A stretch of DNA of 64,000 bases, from assembly GCA_963812135.1 (NCBI GenBank), contig CAWETU010000001.1, positions 2,240,001 to 2,304,000 on the forward strand, read 5' to 3'. The notes under the pieces were generated by a model. The model was not told where the DNA came from. It saw only the letters and a program-made list of their open reading frames with translations, and searched no databases. Within the stretch, counting starts at the first letter, position 1. Each line of letters begins with the position of its first letter. Below are positions 41,571 through 50,151 of the stretch, in pieces. The DNA is from Vulcanimicrobiota bacterium (GTDB lineage: Bacteria > Vulcanimicrobiota > Vulcanimicrobiia > Eremiobacterales > Eremiobacteraceae). The position numbers and the translations under genes were made by a program.

Positions 41571-41921
41571 CTAGTCCTTTTTTCGTGGCGCATGCACGCC
41601 GCCTACCGCCCGCGTTACGAGTTGAGGCGCCCATTCAATGACACGCAACAGATTACGTGCAAGCTGATCGGGTTTTGACCGTCCTTGTTCCCACTGCTGA
41701 ATGGTTCGTTGGCTAAGGCGGAACCGCCGCGCAAATTCGCTTTGCGACAAGCCGAGCCTACGGCGAATCGCCTTCACATTCGGCGGTCGCGGGTTAAACG
41801 GCCGATGGAAATGGAGCTCCTCCAGCTTTATGCCCAGCGCCGCACGCTCTTCCGCCGCAAGCCGCGCTATGGTGGCCTCGTCGTGGGACTTGATGAGCTC
41901 CCAGTTAATTCTCCCCTTCAT
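41571..41921 (-). CDS. XRE HTH antitoxin-like protein
   Basis: VKAIRRRLGLSQSEFA...TIQQWEQGR..PD. Confidence 0.85.
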   Translation of the reverse strand: MKGRINWELIKSHDEATIARLAAEERAALGIKLEELHFHRPFNPRPPNVKAIRRRLGLSQSEFARRFRLSQRTIQQWEQGRSKPDQLARNLLRVIEWAPQLVTRAVGGVHAPRKKD

Positions 41922-42219
41922 CTCGATACCCCATATGTCGAGCATATTCGTCGATCTCTGATCGCTCGGACTTCCACGCGGTGATGATTCGTTTGCGATC
42001 GCCTCTCATCGTATAGACAGCAGTGATGAACAAATCGCCCGTACACCCGATCGCTTTCATCTGCTCTTCGCCGTCGGCGCGATAACGGATCCAAGCATCG
42101 ACATAGTTCTCCCCCTCGAACATCTCCGCGACGACGTGAAAATCGAAACCATGCCGCGCGAAGATTTCCTCGCTCTTGTCCAGGTCCCATTCAAAATGTT
42201 CGTCGATATAATCGGGCAC
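41905..42219 (-). CDS. BrnT family toxin
   Basis: FEWD..K....HG.DF, GEE...AIG, VYT.RG...RIITA. Confidence 0.85.
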   Translation of the reverse strand: MPDYIDEHFEWDLDKSEEIFARHGFDFHVVAEMFEGENYVDAWIRYRADGEEQMKAIGCTGDLFITAVYTMRGDRKRIITAWKSERSEIDEYARHMGYRDEGEN

Positions 42220-42302
42220 GGCGACCGTCCAAGAGAATCCAGCTATACGTTTTACAACGTACTACGTTGGAAGCGTACAGCGCTTAACATGCACGCTGCG
42301 CT

Positions 42303-42327
42303 CGGTCGAATGAATTCGACCGCTACA
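42303..42327 (-). repeat. GTAG-type REP palindrome
   Basis: CGGTCGAATGAATTCGACCGCTACA. Confidence 0.85.
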
Positions 42328-42493
42328 GTGCGACCGAACGCATGTTCGGTATCACGCCGACCGCTCCGACCGTCAAGAGCCGCGTGGAGTTGTACGATCC
42401 AGCTGGCAAGACCGTGCGTAGCAGCCGCCTCGTCGCTCGGCGATCGCGTAACGGTGAGTGGCCGGCCATGAACGGGTTCATGAGCGCCGGCTT

Positions 42494-42518
42494 GGGTCGA
42501 GTAAACTCGACCGCTACA
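42494..42518 (-). repeat. GTAG-type REP palindrome with a compensatory pair
   Basis: GGTCGAG-TAAA-CTCGACC (A:T changed to G:C). Confidence 0.85.
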
Positions 42519-42602
42519 GACTTCTTGCTCCGGCTGTTATTCGGGAGTGACAAAGCGGCGCGAACTCAAGAAGGGCTGAGCCGCATGGGCAGATCCATTC
42601 CG

Positions 42603-42658
42603 AAAAAAAGCGAGACCACCGCACTTTTGCGGTGGTCTCGGCGAGTCCGTCAAACCAC
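42603..42658 (-). ncRNA. Antisense-family sRNA, locus 4
   Basis: TTGAGC-17-TATACT with extended TG; GTGGTTTGACGGACTCGCC; 12-bp stem plus T7. Confidence 0.68.
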
Positions 42659-42736
42659 GCCGTTAGTATAGCATAGCCTTCCGATAAGCTCAAACTTCGG
42701 GGCGCCGAGTTTGCTGCCACGCGCCCCTCAAGCATT

Positions 42737-42763
42737 TCGCCCGCCCACCAGGGACTTGCCCCC
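42737..42763 (-). pseudogene. 5' remnant of the tRNA-like RNA, locus 4
   Basis: TTGGTT-GGGGGCA-AGT-CCC-TGGT-GGG-CGGGCGA, then no anticodon loop or T arm; TTGACA upstream. Confidence 0.55.
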
Positions 42764-42845
42764 AACCAAGCCTGTTGTCACGCTGCGCCGAGCCGGTGTC
42801 AAGACACAACGGGAATGCGCTTGGCAACGGTGTAGGACTACGAGC

Positions 42846-43667
42846 ATGATGAAGACCGAAAAATCTCAACCTGTCGCGTTGATCTCGGGCGCGTCGTCCG
42901 GCATCGGAGCGGCGATCGCGACGGCGCTTGCCGAGCACGGCTACCGCGTGTTCGGCACGGCCCGCGATCCTGGCAAATCGCCGAAACTGCCCGGCGTCGA
43001 AATGTTAGCGCTCGACGTCCGAAACCCAACGTCGGTGCAAGACTGCGTCAGAGCCGTGCTCGAGCGCGCTGGACAGATCGACGTCCTGGTCAACAACGCA
43101 GGCGTCGCCTTCGTCGGCGCAGCCGAAGAGTGCAGCGATGCCGAGATCGCCGCTCAATTCGAGGTCAATTTCTACGGCGTCGTGCGCATGACGCGAGCCG
43201 TGCTTCCGAGCATGCGCGAGCGGCGACGCGGCCACATCATCAACATGAGTTCGCTGGCGGCGAGAACCGCCACGCCGTTCCAGGGCGTCTACCCGGCGAC
43301 GAAGGCCGCGGTCGAGGGTTATTCAGAAGCGCTGCTGCATGAAGTGTGGCCGTTCGGCATTCACGTCTCGGTCATCGAGCCTGGCTTCATCCACACCGGC
43401 CTGGCCGAGCATAGCGAGCGAGCTGCCGCGCCCATCGCGGCCTACGATCGCTGGCGCGAGGCGGCAGCTCTGTCGATCCAGCATCAGATTGATACTTCGC
43501 CGCCTCCGTCTGTGGTGGCCAAATCCGTGCTTGACGTGCTGGCGTCGAAGTCACCGCGCTTTCGCTACCCGAGTGGGAACGCTAGGTCTGTGCTTTGGGC
43601 ACGAGCGTGGGTTCCCGAGCCGCTCTTTTATAGGGTCTTCCGCCGCCGATTTGGATTGGCGACATGA
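42846..43667 (+). CDS. Short-chain dehydrogenase/reductase
   Basis: SGASSGIG, NNAG, YPATK, EPG. Confidence 0.93.
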   Translation: MMKTEKSQPVALISGASSGIGAAIATALAEHGYRVFGTARDPGKSPKLPGVEMLALDVRNPTSVQDCVRAVLERAGQIDVLVNNAGVAFVGAAEECSDAEIAAQFEVNFYGVVRMTRAVLPSMRERRRGHIINMSSLAARTATPFQGVYPATKAAVEGYSEALLHEVWPFGIHVSVIEPGFIHTGLAEHSERAAAPIAAYDRWREAAALSIQHQIDTSPPPSVVAKSVLDVLASKSPRFRYPSGNARSVLWARAWVPEPLFYRVFRRRFGLAT

Positions 43668-44089
43668 CCTGCATCGAATAGCGCAACAACTCCCAACTCT
43701 TGGCCTTGGGGCGCTTGCGCCGCGGACGCGATGCTCACGAGATCCGCGCCGAAGCCGAACAGGAAACCGCAGGTGAACGCGTCGGCGACGCTGATCGCGC
43801 GGTAGCGCCCGCGGATGGCGATCATGTACAGGATCGGTGCGGCGACGATCGCGTGGGCGAGGATGAACGAGAGGACGTTGACCGTGACCTGTGTGCTGGT
43901 CTGATCCTGACCGCGCCAGCCGTACGGGTTGACGAAGATGCCGGTCACCGCGATGGCCAGCGGCCCGTAGATCATGCCGGCGGCGAGGAATCCGAGAAGG
44001 GTCCTCGTGCTCAGCGTGACGCGCAGGCCGACGATTCTGATGAAGACGTACGTCCAGGCGACGACGAGAGCAAGCCACAAAACCGACAT
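43628..44089 (-). pseudogene. Truncated duplicate of the membrane protein N-terminus at 46838
   Basis: Near-identical to 46476-46861, then diverges. Confidence 0.7.
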
Positions 44090-44111
44090 GACCGACCTTC
44101 CTTAAGGAACG
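43727..44111. repeat. ~385-bp direct repeat, copy 1
   Basis: Matches 46476-46861 with only about 3 differences seen. Confidence 0.92.
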
Positions 44112-44117
44112 CATCGA

Positions 44118-44492
44118 TTAGAGAGCGATCAGGCGCGCGTCGTCCGCGCCGAGCGGTCTGTCGAATGGCGCCGATTTGGGCGCCTGCGGCGGGCCAGGAT
44201 CGGGTGCGCTGGTTGCGGCACCGCCGTTCGGCGGTGGTCCGCCGTTCGGCCCAGCTTCGTCGTCGTCTTCGTCGCCGAGCGGAACGCTCCCAGGTCGGGC
44301 GCGCCGAAGGATCTTGGCACCAATGAAGACGCCGGCCCCGATGGCGAGGAGCGCGGTCGCGCGGGTGGCGTTGTCCGGGATGGCCGAGCAGTCGTCGGGG
44401 CTGGCGCAATCGCCCGCGCGCGCGGGAGCGTAGAACAGCGTTATGGCGGCAAGGCAGCCTGCGATCGCGAGGACAGGGCGCATCACGCGCAT
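44118..44492 (-). CDS. Small exported/membrane protein
   Basis: AAGGAG RBS, signal peptide, CASPDDC, TM, Pro-rich tail. Confidence 0.65.
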   Translation of the reverse strand: MRVMRPVLAIAGCLAAITLFYAPARAGDCASPDDCSAIPDNATRATALLAIGAGVFIGAKILRRARPGSVPLGDEDDDEAGPNGGPPPNGGAATSAPDPGPPQAPKSAPFDRPLGADDARLIAL

Positions 44493-44511
44493 CTTCGACG
44501 CTCCTTCTGAT

Positions 44512-45150
44512 TCACAACGGCCGGGCGTAGCGCTGGCAGATGATGCCAAGCACGGCGCCGTAGAACAGATGCCCGATCATGCTGATGAGCACGAAACCGA
44601 CGGGGTTGTTGATCTTGATGAACAGCGGGAACAGGCCGAGCATGCACAATTCCATGAAGACGCCGTAGCCGACGCCGAACCACCACGAGCGGTTGCCGAA
44701 CAGCAAGACGTACATGATCGCGAACGACAGCCCGTTCCAATAGTGATAGAGCCAACCGGCAAGCACCGCGAGCGGTGTGCCGATCGGCAAGCCCGTGATC
44801 CATGACCCGAACATCAGAATGGGCACGAATCCGTTGTAGCCGAACGGATGCGAGCTCTGGATGATGAGGCGCACGCCATCGTAGACGACCGTCGCCGCGA
44901 GGCCCGCCACGCAACCGACCGCAAGCGCGTTGGTGAACCAGGTCGCCGAGAGCCTGCGCGCCAGCACCGCGAGCGCGACCAACGCGAGCAGCGTCGGCAC
45001 CGCGAAGAACTGCAGCGTGAAGTTCATCGGCACGTGCAACACGACGTGGCCGACCAGCGCGGCCAGCGACATGCTCGCGAAGATCCAGGCGGCGATGCGC
45101 ACGGGCCAGCGGCCGCCGGCTTCGAATGCGTCGAGACGCGGCGTCACGCA
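44512..45150 (-). CDS. Multi-pass membrane protein
   Basis: About 6 TM helices, YHYWNG, GHLFYG; start approximate. Confidence 0.65.
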   Translation of the reverse strand, partial: CVTPRLDAFEAGGRWPVRIAAWIFASMSLAALVGHVVLHVPMNFTLQFFAVPTLLALVALAVLARRLSATWFTNALAVGCVAGLAATVVYDGVRLIIQSSHPFGYNGFVPILMFGSWITGLPIGTPLAVLAGWLYHYWNGLSFAIMYVLLFGNRSWWFGVGYGVFMELCMLGLFPLFIKINNPVGFVLISMIGHLFYGAVLGIICQRYARPL

Positions 45151-45154
45151 CGTG

Positions 45155-46838
45155 TCACTGCGGAGCGGCCGGGAACATGCGGCGCGCGAGCAGGCGCAAG
45201 ACATAGACGAGCACGGCGATGGCGATGAGCAGCACGAACACCGCCACGCTGGCCAGAATGTCGAGCAGGTTCTGCACGTTGAAGCCGAGTGCGGGGAACC
45301 ATGCCGCGGCGACGTGGGCGTGCAGATTCGCGCGCAGCCAGTCGAAGAACGCAGCGCCCAGCATGACGGCAAAGGCGGCCAGCCCGACGATGAAGAGGTT
45401 GGTCTTGACGCGTGCGACCGGCCCGAGGAATGGCTGCGGTGTTTCGCCCGGCCGTGGCGGTGCCGGCGTGGTCGCAGCGCATCCGAGCAGCGCGAAGACG
45501 AGGACGAAACTCGCGACGTCGAGCGCGATCGGCGCGAGCAGGCCGCTAGTGAGCGTGCTCATGCGCGCGTCGACGCCGAAGACCAGCACGAGCAGCGCGA
45601 TGCCAAGCCCGACTTGCAGGGCGAGGGTCGTATCCGATCCGTTCAGACCAGCATCGGTGGTACGTGCGGCCGCCGGGCTGCCGGCGCGCATGACGAAGCG
45701 CCACGCCACGACGAGCAGCAGCGCGAATTCGGCAAGCGTGATGCCGTTGAGCCCCGCGGGCACCGACTGCAAGCCGGGCAGCGTGATGATAACGGCGCGC
45801 AGCGCCGGTATCTTCGGCAGGATGATGACGACGATGACCGCGAGCGCCCACCACGCGATCACCGGCAGTCCAGCCCGCGAGGGCAGTACGCCAGGTCGCG
45901 ACGGCCGGGTCGGACTGCGACGGGCGCAGACGGGGATGGCGACTGCGGCAGGCGGCGCGTTGGCGCCCGATGTCGCCATCTCGGCGCGCGGAGCAGCGCG
46001 CGCCGTTTGTCGCGGAACTCCGCGCCAAGGCGGGCGAAATCGTCGAACTTGCGTTGCACGAGCGCATCTCCCAGCGCCGAGCAGCTCGACAAAGGGCGAC
46101 GAAATGTCTGCGCTCGCCTCAAGTTTCGCGCTGGCGCCGGATCCAGCCGGTCTCCGCCCACTGCAGCGCGATCAATGCGAGCAGGGCGACCCATGCGGTC
46201 GCAGCGCCGTGGAAGACCAGCGCGCTGAAGCGCGTCGCGGTATCGGACTGCGACACGAGCATGGCGTGTTCGAAGGACCACCACAAGACGGCGGCCGCGG
46301 CTGCCAGATATGCAAGCGGCAGCTGGCGCGAAAAGCGCGCGACGGCGACGAAGAGCATCGCCGTGAGGCCGGTCCAATACGCATAGCCGGCCAGCGTCAC
46401 GCCGGCTGACGACACGACGAACGGCGGCACGATCGAAAAACCCGTTGGGATATCGCTCGATTGCGCGACGGTGAGCGCGACGCTCACGAGATCCGCGCCG
46501 AAGCCGAACAGGAAACCGCAGGTGAACGCGTCGGCGACGCTGATCGCGCGGTAGCGCCCGCGGATGGCGATCATGTACAGGATCGGTGCGGCGACGATCG
46601 CGTGGGCGAGGATGAACGAGAGGACGTTGACCGTGACCTGTGTGCTGGCCTGATCCTGACCGCGCCAGCCGTACGGGTTGACGAAGATGCCGGTCACCGC
46701 GATGGCCAGCGGCCCGTAGATCATGCCGGCGGCGAGGAATCCGAGAAGGGTCCTCGTGCTCAGCGTGACGCGCAGGCCGACGATTCTGATGAAGACGTAC
46801 GTCCAGGCGACGACGAGAGCAAGCCACAAAACCGACAT
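45155..46838 (-). CDS. Multi-pass membrane protein, probably one gene with a frameshift near 46100
   Basis: Two consecutive hydrophobic ORF pieces; GGAAGG RBS before ATG 46838. Confidence 0.55.
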
Positions 46839-46861
46839 GACCGACCTTCCTTTAAGGAACG
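46476..46861. repeat. ~385-bp direct repeat, copy 2
   Basis: Matches 43727-44111. Confidence 0.92.
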
Positions 46862-47181
46862 TCGCGAGCGGGCGATTTGCTGTCGGGAGCGGGGTTCGGT
46901 CTGTTTCGCCTGCATTCCGCCCGGGTGTGTCGGCCCGGGCTATTCCTTTGGCTTTTGCGCGCTTTCGACGCTGTTGATCCGCGCACGCACCCATTAAAAA
47001 GGGCACTGCGTTCTCTCGCTCAGTTCGAACGCGGCGCACGACCGCTGACGCCAATTAGCCGCTGAGTCGATCCAGCACCGATCGACACGCCCCCTGCGCC
47101 TTCCGTAGTGGCCGTGTCAGTCCTCGACGCGCTGCGGTCCAGATCACGGCACTTTCGTTACCCGGCGGGAGCGCGTGGCTG

Positions 47182-47259
47182 GTGCTTTGGGCGCGAGCGT
47201 GGGTTCCCGAGCCGCTCTGCTGTCGGGTCTTCCGACGCCGATTCAACCTTGCCACATGA
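47182..47259 (+). repeat. Diverged copy of the SDR gene 3' end
   Basis: GTGCTTTGGGCxCGAGCGTGGGTTCCCGAGCCGCTCT...GGGTCTTCCGxCGCCGATT...ACATGA shared with 43590-43667. Confidence 0.75.
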
Positions 47260-47348
47260 GCGGGTATGAGGAATGAGCCTGGTCTAGCTATTGGCAAACT
47301 CGAAACATGAGGATGAGAGCCGTGCACGCGCCTCAAGCTGCCCGTAGG

Positions 47349-48059
47349 TTATGAACAGAGGGTATTCCAAAACGATACCCCGCACGTTCTCGCTAAGGTT
47401 GAATACATAGCATGATCAAGCCAGATTGAGACCCTCTCTATTTTCTTGGAATATGCAATGACGTCGCTCTTGGTCAACGGGTCTGCCCGCTTATGGGTCA
47501 CGGCAGCCCGCGTATCAGATATCGAGCGCATAAATAACTCGCTGTTGAACTGCAATTTTTGGTCGAGAAACTGCTTTAGGTCATTAAACCCGATCCTCAC
47601 AAAAAGTGCCTTTAGATTATCAAGGCTGGGATACTTTCGTTTCCCGATGACCACTTCAGAATCGATGTGCGGTGGTAGCTGCGCGTTATCGTCAAGAAGA
47701 GTTCTATCAAGCCTCCGGATACCAGCTGCCTCGACAAGCTTTCTCTCGTTCAAAGAATAGGCGTAATGACGATAAGCCTCCAGATTCTGTTGATGAAACA
47801 ACCAGCTGCGGGTCTGGTCCGATACTGAGGATACCGTAAGGGCTTGAGTTATCATCTCACGGACCCAGTCAGACACTAGCGACGTGACGTATTCTTCGAG
47901 CGCAGAGTGCATTTGAACGACAACGCCTTGTAGCGCGGCTTGACGGATCTGGCTCTCTGAAGACAGCCTCAAGGTTTTAGTAGCCGCTTTAGCGACAACC
48001 GTTAGCGCACTCAAGCGATCTTGACATTCTCGCCTGGCCCGACTCATTTTGTAACTCAA
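47349..48059 (-). CDS. HEPN domain protein (MAE_28990/RiboL-PSP-like)
   Basis: H.ALEEYV and R-x4-H (RAAVTH); directly after DUF262. Confidence 0.72.
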   Translation of the reverse strand: MSYKMSRARRECQDRLSALTVVAKAATKTLRLSSESQIRQAALQGVVVQMHSALEEYVTSLVSDWVREMITQALTVSSVSDQTRSWLFHQQNLEAYRHYAYSLNERKLVEAAGIRRLDRTLLDDNAQLPPHIDSEVVIGKRKYPSLDNLKALFVRIGFNDLKQFLDQKLQFNSELFMRSISDTRAAVTHKRADPLTKSDVIAYSKKIERVSIWLDHAMYSTLARTCGVSFWNTLCS

Positions 48060-48073
48060 TATCGTCGATGCAC

Positions 48074-49188
48074 TTAGAGGGTTTCCAGAAATTGGCGAAA
48101 CCGATCTATTCGGCCACGGACTGCTTTCTCATCACTCGTCGCTCTCGAAATAAAACTCTTAAAGTCAGCATCAGCCGTCAGTAGTCTCCGCAACTTCTGC
48201 TGGAACTGATTAGGATCGTAGCTGCGCAGTCTTTCCCGGTCATTGTACAGGGCGATACCTACCATCTCCGCGTCGAAGAGAGCGGAATTGATTATCTTGC
48301 TGATATGGCCTAGACTGTCTATCGTTCTGAAGGCTAATGGTCCGAACAGGCTCGCACATATCTCAGCTACGTCTAGGAGTTCAGATACTCCATTGCCCTA
48401 GAAGGTTTTCAGTCGATTGATCGATGTCGTAAGACAAAATCGTTCAAAAAAACGTCGAGGGGTTTCTTATACAATTGCGCCTCGTAACGAAAAGCCCAGA
48501 ATCGCAGCACGGCTCCGAGGATCTCGTCCGATGATATCGGCCTTGTTTCGCAATGTGACGCCAATGGGTCGACGCTGCCAATCTTATCAACTTCGCGGAT
48601 CAACCTGCCGTAGTAGATTCCGTGTCGAAGCTCTTGCGCGGTGAGTTGCGCGGCGCCACTGTTTATTCGCTCGAATACATCAAACTTTATCTGCGGATGC
48701 GTTTCCTTCTTGATCGAGATAAAGCGTAGAGGTCTAGTAAGGATTTGTCGCTGGAATCGCGCATCCAAGTACAAACTTATTACCATTTAGGTCGGGATAA
48801 GTACGCAAACGTTCAAGCGCAAATTGGTTTTTGACAAACTTGTATATGCTAAGCAGCCTCTGATTGCCATCGATGACCGTGAGCTTGTTGTCTTGTTCCT
48901 CGTTCAGATATATTGCCGGAATAGGGCACTGGATCACAAGAGATTCGATGAGTCTCGATGCCTGCTCAACGGTCCATACGTAGCGGCGCTGGAAAGAAGG
49001 AACGTAGATATCACCGCGGTCGAGCGCTTCTACAATTGTGCTGACCGTAAAGTCAAAGGAATCGGTTACTAGCCTACGCTGATCCTTGGGAACATCAGTT
49101 CTTCAGGCTCGACATCTTTTGAGGATTCGGGGAAGAGCAAATCCGCCAGGTAAGCTTGGTTCCGACGTTCCTCTGTTTCCGCAGACAT
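48074..49188 (-). CDS. DUF262 (ParB-like/GmrS) domain protein, frameshifted
   Basis: PSFQRRYVW, SRLIES....PIP, IDGNQRL, FERINSG...L..QELR. Confidence 0.88.
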
Positions 49189-49265
49189 GACACCAACCTT
49201 TAAATGACATCTCGTTATGGGGCCGCGTGGTTACACTTCCGTCCTTCGAGCCTTCTCGTCCGCAA

Positions 49266-50151
49266 TCAACCCGCGCGTAAGAGTGGCGCATCTCTTACGC
49301 GGCCTTGGTTAAGTGCAGAACGACGAGAATCGCACGCGTGTAGACTCCCGGCTCCGTCTCCTTGATCGACCGGAATATGTTCCGCCAAAGCGCTAGGGCT
49401 CACAATCTTGGGAGTTGGTTTCGGACTCTCATCCAATATCCACAGGTAGATTGCGTAATTTGAAACGCTCAGCGCTGTTTCCCACTCGTGGCGCGTAAGC
49501 CAGAAGCGCGCTGAGTCCTCCAGGGTCGTAGTGGTCTTTACTTCAATGCAAAAGAAAGCATTGTCGTTAGCGGACTTTACTGAGGCGACGTCATATCCCG
49601 CGAGGTTTGTTTCGAGACCGATCCCACCTGGGATCATATCCCGTACGATCGCGTTCGTATTCAATGGTTAGTCTCTCACCCGCACGACCGATGCTAGTGA
49701 GATAAGTGTCGCGCAACCCGCGGACGCTGTTTCCCATTCTATCCCACCACTCGACGGTCTCCGCATCGTAGTTGTCGACGGATCCGCGTCCTTCAGGCAC
49801 TGCTTGACATCGGTCCCGATATAGTCCACCGTCTCTTTGCGCCCGCGAGGAATGAGTTGAGTCCACGGTGGCCGCTCCAGCTCAATTAGGTCGGTCAACT
49901 GCGCTCGGAGGGCACTTTGGGGATGGGGCTCCATCGAAATCCTTCGATCCCTTTCGGTAATTACAAGTCTTCCTTCCGCATCAAGTTTCACCCACTGGCC
50001 CCGTTGTGCAGCGTCAAGTATATGGGTTGATTTTGCGACCGCAAATCGGCTAAAGTGCTGCTCGAAATCGGCGGATTTGAGGTCGTTCCTGCTGATGAAA
50101 CCTAGAAGCTCCTGTACAGAGTAAAGTACACCAGACAGAGAAGGGATTCAC
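49266..50151 (-). CDS. DUF3883 (NOV C-terminal PD-(D/E)xK) domain protein, frameshifted
   Basis: IGRAGE.L..EYE, GYDV.S, IEVKTT, F.LTR.EW; GTG overlaps the helicase stop. Confidence 0.8.

Noticed and set aside
42328..42493. Segment between two direct REPs as a gene or mini-element
   Set aside because: No RBS, recognisable product or target-site duplication
16772..42518. Palindromic repeat as a CRISPR array
   Set aside because: Copies are dispersed over kilobases with no regular spacers and no cas genes
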